Positions 56,091-64,000 of a stretch of 64,000 bases of DNA are shown one piece after another. Position numbers and translations under genes: made by a program. Below the pieces are notes generated by a model that was given only the letters and a program-made list of their open reading frames with translations, was not told where the DNA came from and did no database searches. Origin of the DNA: Bacilli bacterium (GTDB lineage Bacteria; Bacillota_I; Bacilli_A; RFN20; CAG-826); the NCBI GenBank assembly GCA_017479485.1, contig JAFVCC010000114.1:65791-129790 (forward strand), written 5' to 3'. Numbering within the stretch: the first letter of the stretch is position 1; each line of letters starts with the position of its first letter.

Positions 56091-59000
56091 ATGAACAAAT
56101 TATTCAGAAAGATCGGCATGGCACTCGTCGGTATGGCCATGGCGGTCGGTGTTAGCGTTGCTATTGGAAGCAATAGAGAAACATTGCCTGTTACTGCGGC
56201 AGCTGAGACTACTACATATACATTGAATGGTGAATCATGGACTTCTGCAGCCGGCAATTGGACAAGCCTTGAAGACTTGGACGGTTCAGTTGCTACTGGG
56301 AGATATGCCGTTACTTCAAGTAATCCTGCGGCCGTTTCGCCAGACAGTTATAACAACATTAGTTCCATTGTAGTTACAGGCACTAAATCAAGCAAGGGTG
56401 CGAGCACCGTTGAGATGCTTTATGGTCCGTCATCATCAGGGCCGTGGACAACCCTTGGATCAAAGAGCTTTGCAACAACAATGACTTGGAGTCCTTCCGA
56501 TGTTGCAGGATATTTAAAGATTCAAACTACATATTCAAAAGCTAACACTTATATTGCCAGCATTGCCGTTACTCATGACGAGGCGGGCGGAAGCGACCCA
56601 TTGATTAGTGTCGTTACAACAAAGGTTTTGGCTCCAAAAAACACCGCGGTAACTTTAAGCGCTGAGACCGAAAACGAACCAGATGGTTATACGATCGCTT
56701 GGTCAACATCTGATGGTACTTTATCTTCGACAAGTGGGAATAGCACAAGCTTCACCGTATCCGATGCTAAAAACGTAGGTGATGAAGTCACGATCACTGC
56801 CGACTTGAAAAATGGAAGTGGAACCACCGTTGCTTCAAGAACCAAATCTTTATACGTTTCAACGAAATCTGGTGAATCGATTGCGCAAGCGATCCCAGCC
56901 AGCGAATTAAAAACTTTGGTAGTTACTAAAGGTTTAACGTTGGGCACTAATGTCCACGTCAAGGGATTTGTTACTACTTATACAAACGCTACAACAGTAT
57001 GGCTTGGAGACGAAAAAGGTGGATCGAACCAATTTGAGTTATATGGTTCCATCACAAACGATACTGGAAACGCACTTGCCAAGGATAAGTTTGTTGTTGC
57101 TCATGGTACACCAGTCAAATTCAACTCGACCGCTGAATTCAATGGCACGACCGTTATCGATAGAATTGATTATGTATCTTTAGGAGACACAGAAGTTGAA
57201 CTTAATAACACAAAATCTTATACATTAACCGCAAATGCTACTGGTGATGTTGTTTGGACAACTACTCCAGGTACAGGCTCGGTTTCTTTAACCAATCAAA
57301 GCAATAGCGGCGTTACTGTTATGGGATCTTCTGTCGGTACAGCTACCGTTACTGCAACAGTAGGCAATTACTCGGCTTCTTGTGAATTCACGGTTTTAGA
57401 ATATGCCGAAGACTGGACGTTCGTTTCAATTGCCATTGTTACCAGTGAAGGCTTTGTTAATTCTTATCAACAAGGCGCCACTTTTGTCAAAACGGGTATC
57501 GCAGTTAACTATACCGAACACAGTGATACATTAGGTAAGAACAGAACAATAGATAGAGTTAATGACGCCACATTTAATTTTGACGCCAACAAGAATACGG
57601 TTGGCCAGTTTAATTTAACTGCTACCTATGGCGGACACACATCTTCAAATACTGTTACCATCACTATTACAAAAGCTCCTGGACGCATCGATTTTGGATC
57701 TGCATCTGGCAATTATAATTTCACAACCGATTATTCCGAGAATCCTTTTGAAGATAATTTAGGTAGCGTTGTTACAAGGGATATAACAACTGCTGGTAAT
57801 ACCTCTGCAACTCAAATTGGTAGTTCGGGAAAAGCTTCAACCGTTATTGTTGCTATTACTTTCGGCGAAAGAAAAGGCGTTGAAGGCGTTACTGTAAATC
57901 TTGCTACATCTCAAGCAGCAGGAACGGTATCGGTATCAGTTTATGGAGATACAACTAACGATGCTATTCTCTCGGATTCTGTTACCGGAAATTCCGCTCA
58001 AAGTGTCACAGTATCCAATTCTTATGAAACAATCAACGCTAACGCCATTCATGTCAAATTGGAAGGAACCACCGGCATTTGTTTGAAATATATCAGCTAC
58101 TTTGTCGGCGATACAGTGCAAGAGTTTGATACTGCATCATTCACATCTCTAACAATTAAAACCCCTGCAACAGATACTGTATTCAAAGTAGGACAAAAAT
58201 TCTCTACAGCTGGGTTGGTATTGACCGCAACCGATGGCGTTAGTTTTGAAAAAGACTTCTCATCTGGGTTTACAACAACATTTGATGCCAACAAAACATC
58301 TGCTTTTGAAGAAGGGGATGTTGGCAATAATAAAACTGTCACCATTTCATTAACGATCGGCTCAACAACCAAAACTGTTAGTTATACTATTGATGTCATT
58401 AATCCACCTACATATTCAAAAGTTACTGATTTTTCTACTTTGTATGAAGGCGCGAAAGTATTGATCGTCAACACAACAAACGAAGTTGCAATTGGAACAT
58501 ACAATGTTGGTTCTTATTACAATGAAGAGAGTGTTACTTTTGATGATAAAGATGCCACTGTTATTGCTGATGGCGGATCTGCAACAGAGTTCACTGTGAG
58601 GATTTTCGGGGATAGGGTTGCCTTCCAATATGGTGTTAATTATCTTAGCTACAACGGAAGCGGAAATAATGCACATCAGACAACCGTTCTCGGCGAAAAT
58701 GCATCATGGACATACAACGACACTGGATTGTTATCAAGCACATCTGGACGTTATTTGGAAAGCAATCATGGTGCAACAAGGTTTGCTTGCTATACCGCTT
58801 CGCAGACAAAAGTTGAACTATATATTTCATCGGCTTCAACTAAAACCGATGCTTTAGCCGCTGATACGTTCACCTATCGTTATCTCCACATGAGGGATTA
58901 TCAGGGGTCCGAAGGGGTCGCTGGTTCTAACTATTGCCTAAACAACGGTGATGGCGCCGGTAAGAATTACTTTGCCGATGCAGCAGAAGCATATGCCTCT

Positions 59001-59255
59001 TTAGAGCCAAGTGTTAAGGCTGAATTCAAGAAAAACACGGAAGCCGTCAAGAGGTTCAATGCTTGGGCCGCTGCCAACAGTAAGTCGATTGACCTCGACA
59101 CCGGCATAGTCTCTGCCGCAGGTGCTAACCGCGTTGACTTCGGTGGCATTGCTTCCGACCCCAACCTCCCCCTCATCATCACCTTCGTTGCCATCGGCAC
59201 AGTCGCTGCCGGAGGCGCCTTCCTCTTTGTCCGTAAACGCCGTAACGAGGACTAA
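56091..59255 (+). CDS. large secreted/surface protein with Ig-like (Big_2-type) repeats and C-terminal TM anchor
   Basis: 1054 aa with an AAGGGAGA RBS. It has a signal peptide, a Thr/Ser/Asn/Gly-rich beta-type sequence, a Big_2-like segment (…GTATVTATVGNYSASCEFTV), and a C-terminal hydrophobic helix plus RKRRNED without an LPXTG motif. Confidence 0.85.
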   Translation: MNKLFRKIGMALVGMAMAVGVSVAIGSNRETLPVTAAAETTTYTLNGESWTSAAGNWTSLEDLDGSVATGRYAVTSSNPAAVSPDSYNNISSIVVTGTKSSKGASTVEMLYGPSSSGPWTTLGSKSFATTMTWSPSDVAGYLKIQTTYSKANTYIASIAVTHDEAGGSDPLISVVTTKVLAPKNTAVTLSAETENEPDGYTIAWSTSDGTLSSTSGNSTSFTVSDAKNVGDEVTITADLKNGSGTTVASRTKSLYVSTKSGESIAQAIPASELKTLVVTKGLTLGTNVHVKGFVTTYTNATTVWLGDEKGGSNQFELYGSITNDTGNALAKDKFVVAHGTPVKFNSTAEFNGTTVIDRIDYVSLGDTEVELNNTKSYTLTANATGDVVWTTTPGTGSVSLTNQSNSGVTVMGSSVGTATVTATVGNYSASCEFTVLEYAEDWTFVSIAIVTSEGFVNSYQQGATFVKTGIAVNYTEHSDTLGKNRTIDRVNDATFNFDANKNTVGQFNLTATYGGHTSSNTVTITITKAPGRIDFGSASGNYNFTTDYSENPFEDNLGSVVTRDITTAGNTSATQIGSSGKASTVIVAITFGERKGVEGVTVNLATSQAAGTVSVSVYGDTTNDAILSDSVTGNSAQSVTVSNSYETINANAIHVKLEGTTGICLKYISYFVGDTVQEFDTASFTSLTIKTPATDTVFKVGQKFSTAGLVLTATDGVSFEKDFSSGFTTTFDANKTSAFEEGDVGNNKTVTISLTIGSTTKTVSYTIDVINPPTYSKVTDFSTLYEGAKVLIVNTTNEVAIGTYNVGSYYNEESVTFDDKDATVIADGGSATEFTVRIFGDRVAFQYGVNYLSYNGSGNNAHQTTVLGENASWTYNDTGLLSSTSGRYLESNHGATRFACYTASQTKVELYISSASTKTDALAADTFTYRYLHMRDYQGSEGVAGSNYCLNNGDGAGKNYFADAAEAYASLEPSVKAEFKKNTEAVKRFNAWAAANSKSIDLDTGIVSAAGANRVDFGGIASDPNLPLIITFVAIGTVAAGGAFLFVRKRRNED

Positions 59256-59276
59256 CCCCATCTTTAAATAACTATC

Positions 59277-59310
59277 AAGGCCTCCCGGGGATTCCTAGGA
59301 GGCCTTCTTT
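59277..59310 (+). terminator. rho-independent terminator after the surface protein gene
   Basis: AAGGCCTCC ... GGAGGCCTT stem followed by CTTT. Confidence 0.65.
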
Positions 59311-59323
59311 GAAGGATCAAGTG

Positions 59324-59917
59324 ATGCCGAACGTACCGAGGAAAGTGGTGCAGTGCGATAAGGAAGGAAACGACCTACGCACCTTTAACTCCGCCAAGGA
59401 GGCGGCGCTTTCGCTTGGCTTTGCTACGCCTAATGCCATCAACAAGGCCGCGAGACACGGCCACTGCGCCTTCGGCTATCGTTGGAGATACGCCGACATG
59501 CCCCTTTACATCAAGCCTGAGGGAACGCCCGGGAAGAGTAGGGCGATCGTGGCCATCGGGGGAAATGGCGCCGAGGAGACGTTCCTAAGCATATCCGAGG
59601 CCTCTAGGAAGCTTGGCATCGGGATTACTGCCATCGAGAGCGCGCTCCTGATGGGCTGTAAGGCCAAGGGATACCATTTCCGTTACGAGGGTGAGGCGCT
59701 AGCTAAGTCTTATAAGCACGAGAGACACGGGAGGAAGGTCGTCGCCATCGATGATGATGGCAGGATCGTCGCTGAATACCCATGTGCGATGGAATGCGCG
59801 AGGTCACTAGGCGTGATCAAGGCCGCTATATACCGCTGTCTTAGGGAAAAGGACTCCAAGGCGAAATGCAAAGGTCATAGGCTTAGATATAAGGACGAAT
59901 ACATAACTGAAGAATGA
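59324..59917 (+). CDS. protein of three tandem NUMOD1/IENR1-like DNA-binding modules, no nuclease domain
   Basis: Three ~55-aa repeats of the pattern (R/K)xVVxxDxxGxxxxxFxSxxEAxxxLGxxxxxIxxxxxxx...G(Y/H)x(W/F/L)RY. AAGGA RBS. Start at the ATG at 59324 (the GTG at 59321 is possible). Confidence 0.7.
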   Translation: MPNVPRKVVQCDKEGNDLRTFNSAKEAALSLGFATPNAINKAARHGHCAFGYRWRYADMPLYIKPEGTPGKSRAIVAIGGNGAEETFLSISEASRKLGIGITAIESALLMGCKAKGYHFRYEGEALAKSYKHERHGRKVVAIDDDGRIVAEYPCAMECARSLGVIKAAIYRCLREKDSKAKCKGHRLRYKDEYITEE

Positions 59918-59941
59918 CCCGGGAATCGTCCCGGGCTTTTA
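59918..59941. terminator. bidirectional hairpin terminator between convergent genes
   Basis: CCCGGGA-ATCG-TCCCGGG followed by CTTTT. Confidence 0.7.
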
Positions 59942-59971
59942 TCGTTGGATCAGCCGCGACCCAACAAGCGG

Positions 59972-62215
59972 TTATTTCTCTTTCTTCTTTAACTCGGAAT
60001 AATAGTTTTCGATTTTGCTTCTGGCTCGGACATAATACTTTTCTAGGCCCGGATCGAACTGTTTCCCCATGTTGGAAATAATGATGTTGTTGGCGTCCTC
60101 AAAGGAGAATTCGTCTTTGTATACCCTTTTGCTCACCAGGGCATCATAAACGTCTGCGATCGCCATAATGCGTGCCTCTAGGGGTATTTCGTCGCCTTTG
60201 AGGCCGTTAGGATAGCCTTTGCCATCCCACCTTTCGTGGTGATAATGGGCAATGTTGACCGCAATTTCTTCAAAGCCCTTATCGACGACGTCTTCTAAGA
60301 TCTGTCTGACGATGAGAGAACCCTCTTTGGAATGGGTTTTCATAATGGCGTATTCTTCGGGGGTGAATTTGCCCGGTTTCCGTAGTATCGCGTCATCGAT
60401 CGTTATTTTGCCTAGATCGTGCATCGGAGCGCTTTTGATGATGCTTTGAGAAAAGGAGGAGCTGATGTTCAAGAATGGATCGTCCATCATTTCTTGAACC
60501 AAGAACTTGACGACGTCGCTCGTTCTTTTGATGTGACCGCCCGTGGATTTGTCTCTTCCTTCGACCATCGTGGCCATGCCATAAAACAACTTATCCTGAA
60601 CCTTGATTTCTCGGTTCTTGACCGTTGAGAACACAAAGAAGAAAACAAATTGCGTCCCGATGATTAATAAAGAACTAAAGATGAGGGCAAAGCTGATTTC
60701 GCCGATGTTGACCTCGCTACTCTCGGTCGCGGTTTTGAACACCCAGGAAGTGATGCCAAAAACGATCAGGATGAATAAGCCGAACAGGGCAATCATGGAA
60801 TTGCCGAACATCCTCTTTTTGTCTTTTTTGACCAAAAAGCCGTAATATCCAAAGCCGATCGCCGCCCAAATAATGAAGATGAAGATGGATTCTTTTGCCA
60901 GATAATCGGCATTAATGAAGCTGCTGGCCATGACGGAAATGGCAAAGGCCGCGCCAACCACCAAACCCGCTACGCTCGAGATAAGGCCTTCTAGGTTGTT
61001 GTCCTTTTTGGCCTGGGTAAAACTAATCGCGGAGATATAGGTATAAACAATGATGCCGCAGAAGGTATTCACATCGACGATCCAACCGATTAATACCCTG
61101 CCGAAAAATAGCATCAACGCCGTCACGACAAGAATGAAGATGATGACGTTTCGCGGGGCCTCGTTTTGATCCAATTTGGCAAAGCCCTTAAAGAAAACGC
61201 GATCTTCGGACATCGTTTGGATTAGGTTGGATAAGGCGACGATATTGCCGATCAAGCTCGTCATGATGATGGCGCTTAAGGCGACGACGAACATCACTAG
61301 TCCCCACGTGCCTAAATAGTGGTGCATGACGTAGAAAGCGGGGATGCCGTCTAAGCCGCTTAGCGAGGACGAAGAAGTCAGGTATTCATACCAGTTGGCG
61401 TAATCGCTGGGGAAAACGCTGATGGACAGCATGCAAATCAAAATATAGATCACCGCGGTGACGACAACGGAAGCGACCAGCACCTTAAAGACGTTTTTGT
61501 GCCTGAATTTGAAGTTTTTGGAAGAGTGGGAGATGTTTTCAAACCCAATAAATGCCCAGGGCATCATGCCGATAACCCCAACGACCTGAGAGAACTCGTT
61601 GCTTCCGTTACTGGCGAAGTCTGGCTTATAGGACTCGATGCCGCCCTTATGCATGACCGCGGCGACAATAAAGCCGGCCACAATCAAAGATATGAATATT
61701 AAGACCAAGCCCGACTGGATCCCCGTCGTGATTTTCCTTTTCAGCAGGCAAATGCCACCAAAGAGCAACAAGAAAAACAGCGATAATAGGATTTCACCTA
61801 ACCAAACATCGTATCCGCCGAGCACATAGTGGAACCCGAATTGGAACGTGGAGCCGAATACGTACCGCGCAAATAAAGCGAAAGAAGATACGTTTGCCCA
61901 CAAAATCGCGGCATAGGTGATGATTAAAAACCACGCCACCAAGAAGGCATGGTCACCTCCCAATGTGTTTTTGGCGTAAGTGTAAATACCCCCATTGCTG
62001 TCCGGATATTTGTTGATCATATAGTGGTAGTTATAAGCGACCACCAACATGATCAAAGTGCCGACAATAATGCCGATAACGCTGCCTAGAGGGCCTGCCT
62101 TGCTTAAAAAAGAGCTGCCCGTAACGACGAACGAGCCCCATCCGATCGCCGTGCCGATGGATAGGGAGAACGCCCCCAAAGCGGATATGGATTTATTGGA
62201 CTTCGTATGACTCAT
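59972..62215 (-). CDS. APC-family amino-acid permease fused to a C-terminal HD-GYP domain
   Basis: The N-terminal ~470 aa form a 12-TM APC-type permease, followed by extra TMs and then an HD-GYP domain (HDLGKI..., HHERWDGKGYP, IADVYDAL). The ATG at 62215 forms an ATGA overlap with the upstream gene. The TTG at 62233 in the track is less likely. Confidence 0.85.
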   Translation of the reverse strand: MSHTKSNKSISALGAFSLSIGTAIGWGSFVVTGSSFLSKAGPLGSVIGIIVGTLIMLVVAYNYHYMINKYPDSNGGIYTYAKNTLGGDHAFLVAWFLIITYAAILWANVSSFALFARYVFGSTFQFGFHYVLGGYDVWLGEILLSLFFLLLFGGICLLKRKITTGIQSGLVLIFISLIVAGFIVAAVMHKGGIESYKPDFASNGSNEFSQVVGVIGMMPWAFIGFENISHSSKNFKFRHKNVFKVLVASVVVTAVIYILICMLSISVFPSDYANWYEYLTSSSSLSGLDGIPAFYVMHHYLGTWGLVMFVVALSAIIMTSLIGNIVALSNLIQTMSEDRVFFKGFAKLDQNEAPRNVIIFILVVTALMLFFGRVLIGWIVDVNTFCGIIVYTYISAISFTQAKKDNNLEGLISSVAGLVVGAAFAISVMASSFINADYLAKESIFIFIIWAAIGFGYYGFLVKKDKKRMFGNSMIALFGLFILIVFGITSWVFKTATESSEVNIGEISFALIFSSLLIIGTQFVFFFVFSTVKNREIKVQDKLFYGMATMVEGRDKSTGGHIKRTSDVVKFLVQEMMDDPFLNISSSFSQSIIKSAPMHDLGKITIDDAILRKPGKFTPEEYAIMKTHSKEGSLIVRQILEDVVDKGFEEIAVNIAHYHHERWDGKGYPNGLKGDEIPLEARIMAIADVYDALVSKRVYKDEFSFEDANNIIISNMGKQFDPGLEKYYVRARSKIENYYSELKKKEK

Positions 62216-63087
62216 TTTCTTTTGGGAAGGCAAGCCAAAATGTCCTCTTTGGGGATGCTGACGAAGATGTGGACCAATTCTTCGTCGAAGTCTTTGTTGA
62301 CCCCGTCTTGAATTGCGGCGATCGCCGCATCGTAGTCCATATCCTTGATCAGTTTGGAATAGGCGTCGCAGATGGCGAGCATTTTGCTCGGCAAGGGGAT
62401 GGAATCGCCCTTTTTAAAGTAGTAGCCGGTGCCATCGACCTTTTCGTGATGATATAAAAGCCAATCGCTGATGTAATCAAACGACTTGACGCCCCTTAAT
62501 AAACGAACGGTCACTTGGGGGTGGGCCCGCACAATCTCCTCTTCTTCGGGGGTTAACTCACCTGCTTTATCCACGATTTCCTGAGGAATGCTGGATCTGC
62601 CCACATCATGAAGCAGCGCGGCGTATTCTATGCTGACCAAGCTATATTCGCCTTGGATTTGCCTTGGGAGATATTTATAGAACACGTCCATTAGGTTTTT
62701 GACGTGCAAAACGTGGCCTTCGATATGCTGACCGCGCGTATCGATGATGTCCGCCAAAACCTCAGTGATTTCTAACGACCTTTCTTTGGACGTTTGTAGC
62801 AACCGAGTCAACAAAACGATGACCACGGAAACAAACAAGCTGCCGAAGAACAAGATTAAGCTGGTGATCAAGTGCGGGTCGGCGTATATGCTGACGAAGA
62901 TGTATCCGCCCAAGAAGAAGACCAATAAGACGAGACCAAAGCTCACCATGACGTTGTCCCTTCTAACGCCGCCAGAAATAACGTCCCTCATCCGCAGCAT
63001 GAAGCGAATGTAAAAGCCGATGTTCACTGCCATGAGCAAGGCGCCAACGATAATGAGCGTAACAATCACGACATTTAAGGGCTCCAT
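62212..63087 (-). CDS. membrane-anchored HD-GYP domain protein (GYP motif reads GYY)
   Basis: 291 aa from the ATG at 63087 (MEPLNVV...). Two TM helices, then LLHDVGRS, HHEKVDGTGYY and ICDAYSKL. The 126-codon upstream extension in the track is rejected. Confidence 0.8.
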   Translation of the reverse strand: MEPLNVVIVTLIIVGALLMAVNIGFYIRFMLRMRDVISGGVRRDNVMVSFGLVLLVFFLGGYIFVSIYADPHLITSLILFFGSLFVSVVIVLLTRLLQTSKERSLEITEVLADIIDTRGQHIEGHVLHVKNLMDVFYKYLPRQIQGEYSLVSIEYAALLHDVGRSSIPQEIVDKAGELTPEEEEIVRAHPQVTVRLLRGVKSFDYISDWLLYHHEKVDGTGYYFKKGDSIPLPSKMLAICDAYSKLIKDMDYDAAIAAIQDGVNKDFDEELVHIFVSIPKEDILACLPKRK

Positions 63088-63313
63088 GCCTACAACTATA
63101 TAACGAATTTTGAAAATAGTTGCTATTTTTAAAATTTTAAGAGTGTCAACTAAACAGGCGAAAAGGGCTAAATTCCCATCACCCGTTTTGTAAATACTCC
63201 GATTTCTTTTTGAATTTGGGACGGGGCATTGATAACGTTTCTCGATTAACTGGATTAATAAATGAATTCCTGAGCCTATTTGGTACAATGAAGAAAACAG
63301 GAGTTCACTAAAA

Positions 63314-63610
63314 ATGAAAGAAGAACTATTTAAAGCCCTAACCGAAGAGCAGATGGCCAAATTAAAAGACTGCAAAAATGTCGAAGAATTGCTCGCTCTT
63401 GCCAAACAAGAAGGCGTTGAACTCACTGATGACCAACTCGAAGCCGTCAACGGCGGCTGCGGCACTACTACGGGGTATTGGGGATGCCCTTACTGCGGTT
63501 ATCGTTGGGGCGCCATGAGTTTAGGACATGGCCGCGCTAGATGCTTTGGCTGTGGCGGTGAGTTTAACGATCACGAAGCAAAATATTATCCAATCAATAA
63601 GGATAAATAA
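63314..63610 (+). CDS. Nif11-like double-glycine leader + zinc-ribbon core peptide, paralog P3 (98 aa)
   Basis: Leader MKEELFKALTEEQMAKLKDCKNVEELLALAKQEGVELTDDQLEAVNGG. Core CGTTTGYWGCPYC-x15-CFGCGGEF.... An extended -10 TGGTACAAT lies upstream. Confidence 0.8.
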   Translation: MKEELFKALTEEQMAKLKDCKNVEELLALAKQEGVELTDDQLEAVNGGCGTTTGYWGCPYCGYRWGAMSLGHGRARCFGCGGEFNDHEAKYYPINKDK

Positions 63611-63679
63611 TTCGTCAAAGAGATATCTATAAGCGATAGGTATGTTTGCTAAATGATAACGATCGGAGTGAACAATTAT

Positions 63680-63946
63680 ATGAGAGATGAATTATTAAAA
63701 GGCCTAAGCGAAGAGCAAATAAAGAAATTAAAGGAATGCAAAACACAAGAAGAAATCATAAGCCTCGCGAAAGAGGAAGGTGTTGAATTAACGGATGAAC
63801 AATTAGCGTCTATCTCTGGCGGAGGATGCAGAGGTGGCAGATGCCCTAGATGCGGCAGTGACTATACCTGCTGCTACGCTATTGGCAAATATGAATGTAG
63901 TAAATGCCAATATCACTGGGGAGAGGATGAATACATCCCAAATTAA
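63680..63946 (+). CDS. Nif11-like double-glycine leader + zinc-ribbon core peptide, paralog P4 (88 aa)
   Basis: Leader MRDELLKGLSEEQIKKLKECKTQEEIISLAKEEGVELTDEQLASISGGG. Core CRGGRCPRC-x14-CSKCQYHW.... Start at the ATG at 63680. Confidence 0.8.
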   Translation: MRDELLKGLSEEQIKKLKECKTQEEIISLAKEEGVELTDEQLASISGGGCRGGRCPRCGSDYTCCYAIGKYECSKCQYHWGEDEYIPN

Positions 63947-64000
63947 TTTCTATTAGCAAAAACTCTTAACAGATTTAGCTGATAAAAAAATAATAAAACC

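Overview
A 64-kb bacterial chromosomal window centred on the replication origin, with Firmicutes/Mollicutes-like gene order. TGA is used as a stop in several ATGA gene overlaps, so the genetic code is the standard bacterial one.

Nt 1-48,600 is dense housekeeping:
- minus strand: ppdK (partial) | glmU-ispE-(TerB-like)-rsmA-rnmV-tatD-mnmE-jag-yidC-rnpA-rpmH
- oriC region, then dnaA-dnaN-(MORN-like insert)-yaaA-recF-gyrB-gyrA-GT-serS
- a small SRP RNA, then tadA
- a translationally coupled operon: ABC/FtsX fusion, P-type ATPase, psuG, tetR, adh
- pmbA/tldD, proC, nagA-ROK-nahK, an MBL hydrolase, DUF1848, rpmE, two hypothetical membrane proteins, metG, and rumA/rlmD

From the 3' end of rumA (about 48.6 kb) the window turns mosaic and accessory:
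- two tandem TIR-bounded non-autonomous elements, one carrying a strongly C-rich block
- a relic copy of the rumA 3' end with its own terminator
- a visibly AT-rich block with an HTH-DUF3791/DUF3990/DUF3791 triad and an APH-like kinase flanked by a 20-nt repeat family
- a transposase scrap and an acetyltransferase
- a (TA)9 tract upstream of a 1054-aa Ig-like surface protein
- a nuclease-less triple-NUMOD1 protein
- an APC-permease::HD-GYP fusion coupled to a second HD-GYP protein

The best candidate for a new system is a four-member family of small genes at two loci (53.4-54.3 kb and 63.3-63.9 kb). Each has a conserved ~48-aa Nif11-like leader ending in a double glycine, fused to a hypervariable 39-51-aa core built on a two-knuckle zinc ribbon (C-x3-8-CPxC-x14-26-CxxC). 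No maturase or C39 exporter lies in the window.

No rRNA, tRNA or CRISPR array was found.
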